A DNA stretch of 59,071 nucleotides from a virus. Taxonomy: Duplodnaviria > Caudoviricetes. The notes beneath the pieces are model-generated. The model saw only the letters and a program-made list of their open reading frames with translations. It was not told the DNA's origin and did not search any database. The first letter of the stretch is position 1. Every line of letters begins with the position of its first letter. The stretch spans positions 1 to 59,071 of IMG/VR virus record IMGVR_UViG_3300009103_001640; one strand, written 5' to 3'. This document shows, piece by piece, positions 1-9,800 of this stretch. The translations under genes and the position numbers were made by a program.

Positions 1-1
1 T

Positions 2-115
2 AATCAGGCATGCGAGGACACACAGAAGATTAAGGTTTTCCACATCGACAGAATGTGGGGTCTTGGAACACCCGAGGATCTAAACCACTATCTCCAACAC
101 CACCCTAGGGAATAG
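2..115 (+). CDS. C-terminal fragment of a sugar nucleotidyltransferase (NTP-transferase/GT-A-like), truncated by window start
   Basis: Frame from base 2 reads NQACEDTQKIKVFHIDRMWGLGTPEDLNHYLQHHPRE* (TAG 113-115); MWGLGTPEDL is the typical C-terminal motif of this family. Not in ORF track. Confidence 0.75.
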   Translation, partial: NQACEDTQKIKVFHIDRMWGLGTPEDLNHYLQHHPRE

Positions 116-116
116 C

Positions 117-749
117 ATGTATAAGGCTTTTATCTTTGACTTTGACGGAGTGCTCGTTGACACCACAGACATTCAGGTGCGCTCAATTGTGCGAGCGCTT
201 GGACGCCGTGGTTTTAATGTTAGGCATCCTAGCGACTTGGAGATTGTGAATTCCACAATCACCACTAAGGCTAAGTTGATTAAGTTTTGTGACAAGGGCT
301 ACATCACCATGGATCAGGTAGAAGACATTTACGAAGACAAGAAGCAAATCGCAAACGAACTAATGGCAGAACTAAATCCTCGCCATTATTTTGATAAGAT
401 AGAGATGTTTAAGTTTCTCAAAGAAGAGAAGAAGAAGATTGCTATTGTGACAAACGCCAACGGACAGTCCACTCGTATATTGTTAGACCACCTAGGGTTT
501 GCAGAATACATTGACGTATTGATTACAAACAGTGATGTCGTCAATCCAAAGCCCCATCCTGAACCGTACATTCGCGCCATGATGATGCTGGCACGCATTG
601 GGTGTGATCTGGATGAGTGTATTATCTTTGAAGATTCTATTGTGGGGCTTGAAGCTGCCCGAGCCACTGGCGCTTCTGTACATGAAGTTAAAAGCTGGCG
701 TGATATCAACTATGGTTTGGTGGCTGACATTTTAAGGAGAGCGGAATGA
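117..749 (+). CDS. HAD-superfamily phosphatase (beta-phosphoglucomutase-like)
   Basis: Motif I FDFDGVLVDT, motif II VTN, motif III KPHPEPY, motif IV FEDSIVG. Confidence 0.9.
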   Translation: MYKAFIFDFDGVLVDTTDIQVRSIVRALGRRGFNVRHPSDLEIVNSTITTKAKLIKFCDKGYITMDQVEDIYEDKKQIANELMAELNPRHYFDKIEMFKFLKEEKKKIAIVTNANGQSTRILLDHLGFAEYIDVLITNSDVVNPKPHPEPYIRAMMMLARIGCDLDECIIFEDSIVGLEAARATGASVHEVKSWRDINYGLVADILRRAE

Positions 750-1483
750 GAATTGCATTATGCTTTAATGGTCTAGCCGGCGGCAAAAATGACAAAGGCT
801 TCCCCGTCGATTGGCAGTTAGCTGTGCCGCACTTCAAGGAGAACATTATTAACCTTAAAGCTCAAGATGTCGATGTGTTTTTTCACACATGGAGCACTGA
901 AGCTGAAGAAGAGTTGGTAGAATTTTACGAACCCAAAGACTACATTGTTCAAAAACAGGTTGACTTTGATTCGTTGGCGAATAAATTTAGGAAAAAGGTG
1001 CACTCGGATGTGCCACGACACTTTCACTCAATCATGAGCCGATGGTACTCTAATAAGGAGGTGCTTGGGCTTAAGAATAAATATGAAAAGGAGAACGGCT
1101 TTAAATATGATTATGTTATGACATCTCGTTTTGATGTGGCATGGCTGCAGCCTTTGGATTTTAGCCAGTTCGACCGTGATTCTATTTGGTGCGGACGCCA
1201 TGAGAGAGACACAATCTTTGACACCTTTAACGACAAAGGCATGCCCGTAGAAGGCGTGCTAGAGTACTGGTTGTTTGGAGGCTCTGAAGTTATGGACCGT
1301 ACGATTGATCTTGTTCGCAAGGTTCCTGAATATATCTACATGGGCAATTGCCGCATGTCAAATCATGACGTTATTCCGTATCACATCGAAAAAGAAAACA
1401 TGTTAGATAAGTTCAAGTTTCACTTCTGGGAGATTGAAGATTTCCAGCTTGTTCGACGCCTCCACGGAGGTCTTGAACAATGA
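746..1483 (+). CDS. Putative glycosyltransferase-like protein of viral glycan clusters
   Basis: MRIALCFNG, DVDVFFHTW, YDYVMTSRFD pattern; ATGA coupling; sugar-cluster context. Confidence 0.5.
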   Translation: MRIALCFNGLAGGKNDKGFPVDWQLAVPHFKENIINLKAQDVDVFFHTWSTEAEEELVEFYEPKDYIVQKQVDFDSLANKFRKKVHSDVPRHFHSIMSRWYSNKEVLGLKNKYEKENGFKYDYVMTSRFDVAWLQPLDFSQFDRDSIWCGRHERDTIFDTFNDKGMPVEGVLEYWLFGGSEVMDRTIDLVRKVPEYIYMGNCRMSNHDVIPYHIEKENMLDKFKFHFWEIEDFQLVRRLHGGLEQ

Positions 1484-1944
1484 TGTATATAGCCCACAGA
1501 GGCAACACAGACGGTCCCAAGCCCGAACTGGAGAACAGCCCCGGCTACATCGACAAAGCCCTATCAGAAGGCTTCTACGCCGAAATAGACGTTAGAAAGG
1601 GCAATATGGTCGGCGAGTTTATCATGGGTCATGACTATGGAGAACACAAGTTGCCCATTGAATGGTTTGAAGAGCGCCGAGGGCGCTTGTTCATTCACGC
1701 AAAAGACTTAGAAACATACACTTACTTTACTCGCGAAAAAGGGTGGAACGTGTTTTGGCACCAAGAGGACGATTATACATTAACCTCTGCCGGCATGATT
1801 TGGGCATACCCGGGAAAAACATTAAACGAGAAAACTATTTGCGTTATGCCTGAAAACGTGGTATACTCTAGAGTAGACTTATCGCGATGCTTAGGCATAT
1901 GCAGTGATTATGTTTTAAATTATAGGATGGAATACGGCACATGA
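1480..1944 (+). CDS. Short glycerophosphodiester phosphodiesterase / PLC-like protein
   Basis: IAHRG, EN, EIDV, GHD motifs; C-terminal GICSD. Confidence 0.7.
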   Translation: MMYIAHRGNTDGPKPELENSPGYIDKALSEGFYAEIDVRKGNMVGEFIMGHDYGEHKLPIEWFEERRGRLFIHAKDLETYTYFTREKGWNVFWHQEDDYTLTSAGMIWAYPGKTLNEKTICVMPENVVYSRVDLSRCLGICSDYVLNYRMEYGT

Positions 1945-3062
1945 GAGTTCCACAGTTTATGCCTTACATTGGCATGGAAGAATATGAAGCTATTAAAAGC
2001 TGCTTCACGGAAAACTGGATTACAGAAGGACCGAAGGCAGCAGAGTTTAGCGAGAAATTGCTTGAAATAATTGGAAGTAAATACGGTGTTTTCGCTCCAA
2101 ATGGCACTTTGTCGCTTTACCTCGCTTTACGGGCGATGGGCATCGGTCCCGGCGATGAAGTCATTGTGCCAGACTTCACATTTATTGCCTCCGCAAACGC
2201 CGTCGAAATGGTCGGTGCCCGCCCCGTATTTGTTGACGTTGGTTGTCGCGACTTGCAGATTCGTCTTGACGATTGCGAGCGCGTACGCACCGACAAAACC
2301 AAGGCGATTATGCCCGTTCACATCTTCGGCTTTGCAGCAGACATGACTGAGATCATGGCGTATGCCAAAGAGCACAACCTTATGGTTATCGAAGATGCAG
2401 CCCAAGCCCTCGGTATCAACTGGAACGGCAAGGGCTGCGGCAGCTTTGGAGACACGGGCTCCTTTTCTTTCTTTGCAGATAAGACGCTGACTACCTGTGA
2501 GGGTGGGTTTGTTACTACAGACGACGAAGAGGTATATAATAACCTTCTCCTCCTGAGAAATCAGGGTCGTTTGCATCGCGGAACATTCACTCACCCAGCA
2601 ATCGGTTACAACTTTCGGATTAATGATGTGCAAGCTGCAATCGGCTTGGCACAACTGAAGAAGTTGCCAGAGATTATTGAGAGAAAGCAGAGAAACTATA
2701 ATATGTACCGAGAAGCTTTGGTAGATATTGAAGAGATTGAACTACTTAGCCCTGCGGACAAGGTTGAACCATACGTTCCGTTCCGTGTCGTCCTCAGAAC
2801 AAGACAAGAAGATGATCCTAGTCGGAACCTAATGGGATTCATGAAGATGAACGGCGTAGAGCCAAGGTCATTTTTCTATCCATTGCATCTGCAACCCTGT
2901 TTCGATATCTGGGCAGATGATCCTCGTCATAATCGCGAACATTTTGAAGTCGCTGAGCATGCGTATAACCACGGCGTGTGCTTGCCTTCGTTTGCTGCTT
3001 TGACAGAAAACCAGATTTCATATGTTTGTGACGTGGTAAAAGAGTTTTATAGGAGAAAATGA
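1941..3062 (+). CDS. DegT/DnrJ/EryC1/StrS PLP-dependent sugar aminotransferase (perosamine synthase-like)
   Basis: GPGDEVIVPDFTFIAS, PVHIFG, IEDAAQALG, SFFADKTLTTCEGG (PLP lysine), GYNFR. Confidence 0.93.
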   Translation: MRVPQFMPYIGMEEYEAIKSCFTENWITEGPKAAEFSEKLLEIIGSKYGVFAPNGTLSLYLALRAMGIGPGDEVIVPDFTFIASANAVEMVGARPVFVDVGCRDLQIRLDDCERVRTDKTKAIMPVHIFGFAADMTEIMAYAKEHNLMVIEDAAQALGINWNGKGCGSFGDTGSFSFFADKTLTTCEGGFVTTDDEEVYNNLLLLRNQGRLHRGTFTHPAIGYNFRINDVQAAIGLAQLKKLPEIIERKQRNYNMYREALVDIEEIELLSPADKVEPYVPFRVVLRTRQEDDPSRNLMGFMKMNGVEPRSFFYPLHLQPCFDIWADDPRHNREHFEVAEHAYNHGVCLPSFAALTENQISYVCDVVKEFYRRK

Positions 3063-3481
3063 TGATTCATGTATATTCTGCAGTCGAGCCGGATTTAATG
3101 TTGTTAGTTATAAACCGTGGAGATGAGATTGGTACCAACCGTGCCGACCTTAGCCCGCAAGATCAATACCTGCAGTGCGCAACCAAGAAGTTAACCAAGG
3201 GCACTACATTCGCGCCCCACAAGCACAACGAGTTAGTCAGAACCACTGACATTACTCAAGAGGCGTGGGTGTTCTTGAAGGGTCGTGTAGCCGCACGCTT
3301 TTGGGATATCGATGACCAACTAATTTATGAGACAGAGTTGGGCGAAGGCGATGCTGCCATTGTGTTCCGTGGAGGACACAGCTTTGAGGTTCTAGAAGAA
3401 GACACTGTTTTGTATGAGTTTAAGACCGGTCCATACTACGGTGTAGAAAAGGATAAGACCTACATTGAGGAATCTGAGTGA
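3059..3481 (+). CDS. Cupin-fold protein (sugar isomerase/WbuC-like)
   Basis: PHKH...QEAWVFLKG...GGHSFEV...EFKTGPY cupin metal motifs. Confidence 0.7.
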   Translation: MMIHVYSAVEPDLMLLVINRGDEIGTNRADLSPQDQYLQCATKKLTKGTTFAPHKHNELVRTTDITQEAWVFLKGRVAARFWDIDDQLIYETELGEGDAAIVFRGGHSFEVLEEDTVLYEFKTGPYYGVEKDKTYIEESE

Positions 3482-4125
3482 GAAAAGAAATATACGATAT
3501 TAGTCGTTACCCATTTCGAGAACTTATCGAGGATGCCATAGGTCACGAAGATCTGGAACAACTTCACGCGCACTATGACTACGAGCCGTTCACGATGGAG
3601 AACAACTCTGATACGATACCGCATAACAACTTTTACAACAAGATTCGTTCTGGTTGGACCGACTTTGAAGAGTTGTATGATAGGTTTGTGGAAGAGGTTG
3701 TGGTACCAATCTATGGGAGCCGCGATTTTATCTATCAATCGCTCCCGACCTTCCGTATCCACTTGGTGGGTAACTGGGTTGTGCCCGAGTTTCATTGTGA
3801 CTCTCAGGTGGGATATAATCACCCCGATGGCGAGATCAATTTTCAAGTTGCTATTACAAACATCTATGGCACGAATGCGACTTGGTGCGAGTCCGTGCCC
3901 GGTCTTGGTGACTATGCCCCGATTCAAATGAGCGAGGGCGAATATACTATTTTTTACGGCAACAAGTGCCGACATGGAAACATGATTAACGATACGCCGC
4001 ATACTCGCGTATCATTTGATTTTAGAATTTTACCGCTTGACAAATATACGCCAGACATGTCCAAGGCTTCCGGTACCAGAAAGATGAGATTTATCGTTGG
4101 CGAATACTATAAGGAACTTAAATGA
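3478..4125 (+). CDS. StrG-like 2OG-Fe(II) dioxygenase-fold protein (GTG start)
   Basis: YQSLPTFRIH, FHCD (HxD), HPDGEINF, HGN, TRVSFDFR. Confidence 0.7.
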   Translation: MRKEIYDISRYPFRELIEDAIGHEDLEQLHAHYDYEPFTMENNSDTIPHNNFYNKIRSGWTDFEELYDRFVEEVVVPIYGSRDFIYQSLPTFRIHLVGNWVVPEFHCDSQVGYNHPDGEINFQVAITNIYGTNATWCESVPGLGDYAPIQMSEGEYTIFYGNKCRHGNMINDTPHTRVSFDFRILPLDKYTPDMSKASGTRKMRFIVGEYYKELK

Positions 4126-5093
4126 GCAAAAAGAAAGCACTTATCACAGGAATCGCAGGACAGGATGGAAGCTATCTATCTGAACTGCTGTTAGAAAAGA
4201 ACTACGAGGTCCACGGCATTATTCGTCGTTCGTCCGTTGCGGAGAACCAAGACAGCCGTATCCAACACCTACAGGGACAGATTCATACACACTACGGCGA
4301 TCTGACCGACTATCCCTCGCTTGTGCGTATTGTGTCGGATGTCCGCCCTGACGAGATTTATAACCTTGGAGCTATGAGTCATGTACGAATCAGTTACGAC
4401 ATGCCATCGTTCACGATCCAAACGAATGCTTTGGGTGTGCTGAACATGCTGGAAGTCTATCGCTCTTTTGTGCCGCATGCCGGCTTCTATCAGGCTAGTT
4501 CTTCTGAGATGTTCGGCAACTCGGTCGATCATGACGGCGTACAGCGCCTCACAACTCCCATGAACCCGGTCAGCCCTTATGGTTGTGCAAAGGTCATGGG
4601 CTATAACTTGGTTAGACACTATCGGCATGCGTATAATCTTCACGCATGCAATGGCATCTTGTTTAACCATGAATCCCCCCGACGCGGCTCTAACTTTGTA
4701 ACCAATAAGGTTGTAAAGACTGCTGTGCAGATTAAGAAGGGATTAAGAGACAAGCTTGAGTTGGGTAACCTAGACTCGTATCGAGATTGGGGACACTCAA
4801 AAGATTATGTTCGTGCAATGCACATGATTATAAATCATCATGAGCCTGACGAATTTATTGTTGCAACTGGTGAAACACATTCTGTAAGAGATCTTGTGGA
4901 AACTGTGTTTACTAAGTTGGGAATGAACTACGAAGATTATGTTGTTCAGAATCCAAAGTATATGCGCCCAGAGGAACTTAAATACCTTAAGGGCGACTCC
5001 TCCAAGGCTAGAGAAATCTTAGGCTGGGAGCCCGAATATACTTTTGAGACTCTTCTGGATGATATGATCGACCGATGGGAAAGGGAATTATAA
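4122..5093 (+). CDS. gmd: GDP-mannose 4,6-dehydratase
   Basis: ALITGIAGQDGSYL, YNLGAMSHV, YQASSSEMFG, SPYGCAK, GILFNHESPRRG, RDWGH. Confidence 0.96.
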   Translation: MSKKKALITGIAGQDGSYLSELLLEKNYEVHGIIRRSSVAENQDSRIQHLQGQIHTHYGDLTDYPSLVRIVSDVRPDEIYNLGAMSHVRISYDMPSFTIQTNALGVLNMLEVYRSFVPHAGFYQASSSEMFGNSVDHDGVQRLTTPMNPVSPYGCAKVMGYNLVRHYRHAYNLHACNGILFNHESPRRGSNFVTNKVVKTAVQIKKGLRDKLELGNLDSYRDWGHSKDYVRAMHMIINHHEPDEFIVATGETHSVRDLVETVFTKLGMNYEDYVVQNPKYMRPEELKYLKGDSSKAREILGWEPEYTFETLLDDMIDRWEREL

Positions 5094-5103
5094 GGAGAAC
5101 AAA

Positions 5104-5307
5104 ATGACCACTACCAAGAATATTAACTTATCTGATCAGGCGCTGGGCGCTGTTATGATGGCGCTGCAGAATTCATTGATGACACAAACTGATATTGTGC
5201 CTGTACTAAAAGGATTTAACTTCGTTATTGATGGCAACGATGATTTGATTGTCACCAATCCACCAATCATGCGCGCCAGCGAGGAGTCTATTCCAGAGAC
5301 GGATTAG
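5104..5307 (+). CDS. Hypothetical protein
   Basis: Shine-Dalgarno AAGGAG at about 5092-5097; fills the gap between genes. Confidence 0.7.
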   Translation: MTTTKNINLSDQALGAVMMALQNSLMTQTDIVPVLKGFNFVIDGNDDLIVTNPPIMRASEESIPETD

Positions 5308-5309
5308 AC

Positions 5310-5582
5310 ATGCCTAGATATACTTATCGCTGCGAGCAGTGCGAAGACGTGTTTGAGACAGTCCACTCAATGAAAGAGTGTCTGACTGATTGTATCAAAT
5401 GTGAAGAGCAAGAAACACTAGTCCGCGTACCTGCAATGACATTCATCAAGATAAACACTACCCGTGCCCCCACGGGGAACAAGGTTGGTGCGCTTGTCGA
5501 GCAGCACATTCATGAGGCAAGAGAAGAACTGGCAAAAGAGAAGACGGATTTGCAAACTGCCGATTATGAGGAGAACAAATGA
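5310..5582 (+). CDS. FmdB-family zinc-ribbon protein
   Basis: MPRYTYRCEQC...F...CIKC signature. Confidence 0.85.
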   Translation: MPRYTYRCEQCEDVFETVHSMKECLTDCIKCEEQETLVRVPAMTFIKINTTRAPTGNKVGALVEQHIHEAREELAKEKTDLQTADYEENK

Positions 5583-5920
5583 CAACACTACAAATTATAA
5601 TAACCTTACTCGTGGTATCTATTGCGATTAACGTCGTCGCTTTCTGGTTCATAAGAAACTTATTAACAAAGCTATTTTTTGTTTCAAACAACTTAGGCGA
5701 AGTAAACGATGTGATGCAGAAATTTGCAGAGCATTTAGACGCAGTACACGGAATGGAAACGTTTTATGGGGATCAGACTTTACAAGGATTACTGCAACAT
5801 TCAGAACTTGTTGTACAGATGCTTGGAGAATTTGACGAAATTTATCAAGTCGCCGAGGGATATGAAAACTTAGGAGTAGAAGCTGAAGAAGGAGAAGCCA
5901 TCGATGGCGAAGAAGCGTAG
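5579..5920 (+). CDS. Membrane-anchored hypothetical protein
   Basis: N-terminal hydrophobic helix IIITLLVVSIAINVVAFWF, helical body, acidic tail; ATGA overlap. Confidence 0.7.
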   Translation: MTTLQIIITLLVVSIAINVVAFWFIRNLLTKLFFVSNNLGEVNDVMQKFAEHLDAVHGMETFYGDQTLQGLLQHSELVVQMLGEFDEIYQVAEGYENLGVEAEEGEAIDGEEA

Positions 5921-6590
5921 AAAAACATCATATTTTACTAAGGTACATGAACAAGCAATTATCGATTATAACAACAGCACGGATTTTGACGAAAGAGAAC
6001 GCCTCTATTCCACAATGATTGGACCGGTGTTCAGCGAGATGGTGGATAAGATCGTATTCACCTATAGATTTACAACGTTGCCGAATTGTGATTCACTGAG
6101 AGACGAGTGCAAGATTTGGTTAACAACAGTCATACAGAAGTATGATCCGAGTAAGGGCTCTAAAGCCTTTTCTTATTTTTCGGTTATAACAAAAAACTGG
6201 TTTATTGCCAAGGTTAAGAAAAACTCAAAGGCGCGCCGCACTGAGATCCCGATTGAGGATATTATGATCAGACCGATACTCGATGAGAAGCTGGTCGTTG
6301 AACACGGGTATTATGCTGATCGCGTGCAGAAAGAATTTTGGGAAGAATTGTGGAAGGAAATGGAGTCATGGGACACTGGAAACCTAAAACCCAACGAGCA
6401 AAAGGTTTTAGAAGCAATAAAGCTGTTGCTGGAACACCCTGATTCAATTGAAATTTTTAACAAGAAAGCTATTTACTTATACATTAGAGAGATAACCGGT
6501 CTTAACACGAAGCAGATTGTTAATAACCTCAACAAAATGAGGGCAAAATACAGGGCTTTCAAGAAGGACTGGAACGAGGGGAAACTATGA
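5904..6590 (+). CDS. Phage-encoded RNA polymerase sigma factor (probable late sigma, T4 gp55-like region 2)
   Basis: Region-2-like DSLRDECKIWL..IQKYDPSKGSKAFSYFSVITKNWFI; C-terminal HTH-like IREITGLNTKQIVNNL; directly upstream of structural block. Confidence 0.7.
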   Translation: MAKKRRKTSYFTKVHEQAIIDYNNSTDFDERERLYSTMIGPVFSEMVDKIVFTYRFTTLPNCDSLRDECKIWLTTVIQKYDPSKGSKAFSYFSVITKNWFIAKVKKNSKARRTEIPIEDIMIRPILDEKLVVEHGYYADRVQKEFWEELWKEMESWDTGNLKPNEQKVLEAIKLLLEHPDSIEIFNKKAIYLYIREITGLNTKQIVNNLNKMRAKYRAFKKDWNEGKL

Positions 6591-6883
6591 GCAAGAAGCA
6601 AGAAATCGATGATTATTTGAAGGAAGCGGTTGAGAACGTACGCCAAGACAGGGACGTTACAAAGGAGCTTCTGGATGACGTAATTCAGTTTCTTGCTAAG
6701 GGAGACTCGACCCATCGTGAGGTTGGTCTAACTGCTGCAAAATATGTAGAAACCCTCCAACGCTCAAATGAGCAACTAGTTAAAATCTCCGGTCTTTTGC
6801 TTAAGCAAACGTCTACCGAAGGTGCAGTTTCGCTGTCCGATACTGACAAAGAGCAACTGTACGATTTGATAAAGGAGTCCTAA
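6587..6883 (+). CDS. Hypothetical alpha-helical protein
   Basis: ATGA coupled to the sigma gene; GAGGGG SD-like sequence. Confidence 0.7.
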   Translation: MSKKQEIDDYLKEAVENVRQDRDVTKELLDDVIQFLAKGDSTHREVGLTAAKYVETLQRSNEQLVKISGLLLKQTSTEGAVSLSDTDKEQLYDLIKES

Positions 6884-6887
6884 TGAC

Positions 6888-9800
6888 ATGGCGAGAAGTG
6901 GTCCGTTCAAGGATTTAGGCTGGGGTAAACTCGGCGGCAATAAAAAGCCCAATACTCCTAAAAAGAATTCCGGCGTCAATAGCCGATATCGCACTTCTGC
7001 GATGGGTCAGCTTATGGGGCAGGCGAAAGAAGCCGCAATCCCCAAAAAGGCAAAGGGCGGCAATTACGCTGCTATCGTTTTACGGGTTGACAGTACAAAT
7101 CTCTCGGACGCAGCCGGCTCTAGCTGGATGACTTCGTGGTATGATGAGGTCTTGGGCGTTCCACTGCCCGAGACTATTAAAATTAAGGCGCGTATTCCAG
7201 CGCTACATGCTGGAATTCCCGAGCCTGACAAATATGGCTGCGACGGTGCTAGCGGAATCCACCAGTTTTGGATCAATATGCATCCAACTTTCTATGCATC
7301 GTCTCAGGATATCGAATTGCCTGAGTGTGGCGATGTTGTTATTGTTAGTGTAAATGCTGACGACGGCAGCGGCGGCGGTGATGCAGCCGGCGGCGGCTTG
7401 ATCATGAAAAATGTGGTCACCCGCGAGAACAATCCAGTCAAGCTGGGCGGCGCCTGTCCACCGGCAGAGCAGTTCCCTTCTACCGCGTCTTCTACAGCGG
7501 ACGGGGCAGACGGAGATGCTATGGGTGGCGAAGAAGTGTCAGCCGGCGCAGTGAACCCATTTGGGCTTCCGGCAGATTGTGATTTCGATTGCATGATGGA
7601 ATTCCTTGGTGGCATTGCTGCTGCTGGTCCTTCTTGTCCCGGTCGCGATCCCTTTGGTGAGATGACTACTTGTGGTAGCCCGCTGGACTCGAAGGGTGTA
7701 TTCATTAGTCGCCACTCTATGGGGCACAGAAATATGCCGACACCCCTAACTTCGCTGACTCGCGCTTTGTGGGCAGATCTAGGATATGTCGTTTTAGAAG
7801 CGATACATCAGACCGCCAACAAAACATATAAAACGGATGCTACCCGCTTAAGAGAATACGCTAGAATGTTCGCCTTGGGCGGCATGAATGTGTATATCTC
7901 TGGCACACCGTATCCCGGCAAAGCCACTGAGTACGTTAAGCACATGACAAAGGTTGCGACAGATCTGCCTGTTGTGGGCATGGTTATGACACCATCATGG
8001 GGATACTTATCTCCCGGCAATAAAGATAAATATGCCCGACAAGCGAAGTATGTCGCTAGTCAGATGAAGAAAGCAGCACTAGCCAACAGTTTACAAATAG
8101 GGTTTTCCAATGCTTGGATGCCCAGCGCCGAATATACGGTTACAACAGCAGACGGAGAGGACGGTGAAGTTTCCATTCGCTATAAAGACTCATTCCCCTA
8201 TTACTGCTTTTCAGATGTTGACTGGTCAATCGCACAGATTCTTTCCACATCTGGAAAATCAGTTGTACAGGTGCGCGAATCAACAGGCGCTGTCGAAATA
8301 CGCTCAGAAAGAGGCTCAGAAGCACTTAAACAAGAAGACTTTGTGGAAGTATTGAATGATTACATGAAGTTGGGCTTTAAATATATTATTCCCGCTTTCG
8401 GAGTTATGGGTTCTGGCTGGGATGACTACTTGGTATCATCTGAAAAGCCCCCAGAGCGTATGAAAGAAGAACTTGATATGCTTGGTGCTTATGAGGAGCC
8501 GGCTGTAGTTGGACCGGTGAGAACAAAAGAGACTGATTCTCGCTCTTTGCCGAATCCCGGTCCCGGTTCTCCCGGTTTGGATGTTAGAAATTGGGCGACT
8601 GGATACTTTGGCTCAATCATTGAGTGTACGGACGAAGAGATCGGCGTTGACCGACGTTGTGAACTTCCGCCAGAGCCAATTGTCGTTGAAGATCCCCCTC
8701 CGGTTGAGACAGTAACTACCGAGTTGGTAGAGGTGCCAGTAATGGAATGGACGGACGGCTGGGCTAACTATACGATTGACGAAGAGGGTGTTATCACATA
8801 CATCAGTCCCTCTAGCGGTGATCCGGTGTACGTGCAATCGGATAACTCATCAAACATATATCCCAGCGGTTGCCCTTCGGATTGCTATGACGCAATCATG
8901 GGATTCCGCCCTGAATCTACGTGGATAGAAGAAACGGTCGTGATCACCGAAGAGGTACTTGAAGAATCCGACGCAGACGAAGTAGCAAGTCAGATTTGGC
9001 CAACTTTTCCGAAACCAAACCCTCCAATCAAAGCACAGGTTGTTTGGTCGGTGATGTGGTGGGACTGGCTCAACGCAGAAGAGAACATTCCATGCTGGAA
9101 AAGCACTCGCTGGGAGGTTATTAAAAACTTCCATCGCTACAGCCCTATCGCATATGAGCGCCAGCAAGAAGGTGGTGCAATCAATCCCGGCAACTTTGAA
9201 GAGTTTTCAGCCGAAATCCGTGCAGCGATGGATGCGATTCAGGCATACAATCGTATTGCCGAAGGAAATCCCGGCATGCACAAGGTTAGTCTTGAACAGT
9301 ATATGATGGCAGTTCAGCAAGCCCAGTCTATGTCAACCTTCGCAGACGGAAGTGACATGGAATCCTATGGAGCGGCAGCATCATCTGTTGCTCAAAGCGC
9401 AGCAACAGAGTTGGGTTATGATGGTGAAGGTTCTGCATCCGGCGATGGCTCCGACGTAGCCGAGGATGTTGAGGATGCAATTGCCGATGCTGATGCATAT
9501 TACGGCTCAGACGCCGCAGACGCCAGCACAACTGGAGCCACCAGCGGCGGCACAAATTTAGATGCATATCCCGCATTTCCATATATTCAATTTAGTAGCC
9601 CTATTACGGGTGGCAACCAAGGCGGCTGGTTCCCGGCAGTAACCGGCGCGTTTCGCGCCAGTAGCCGTTCCCCTTCGACAATCGATCACATCGTAATCCA
9701 TACTACTGCAGGCGCTAGTCAACTGGCTGGTGGCGAGGTCTTCTGTCGTCCCGGCGCTGGCGTATCAACTCATTACGGGATCAACACGGGAGGTTTCGTC

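Noticed and set aside
5579-5920. Holin or spanin call for the membrane protein
   Set aside because: Only one TM helix, no lipobox partner and no adjacent standalone endolysin; insufficient support.
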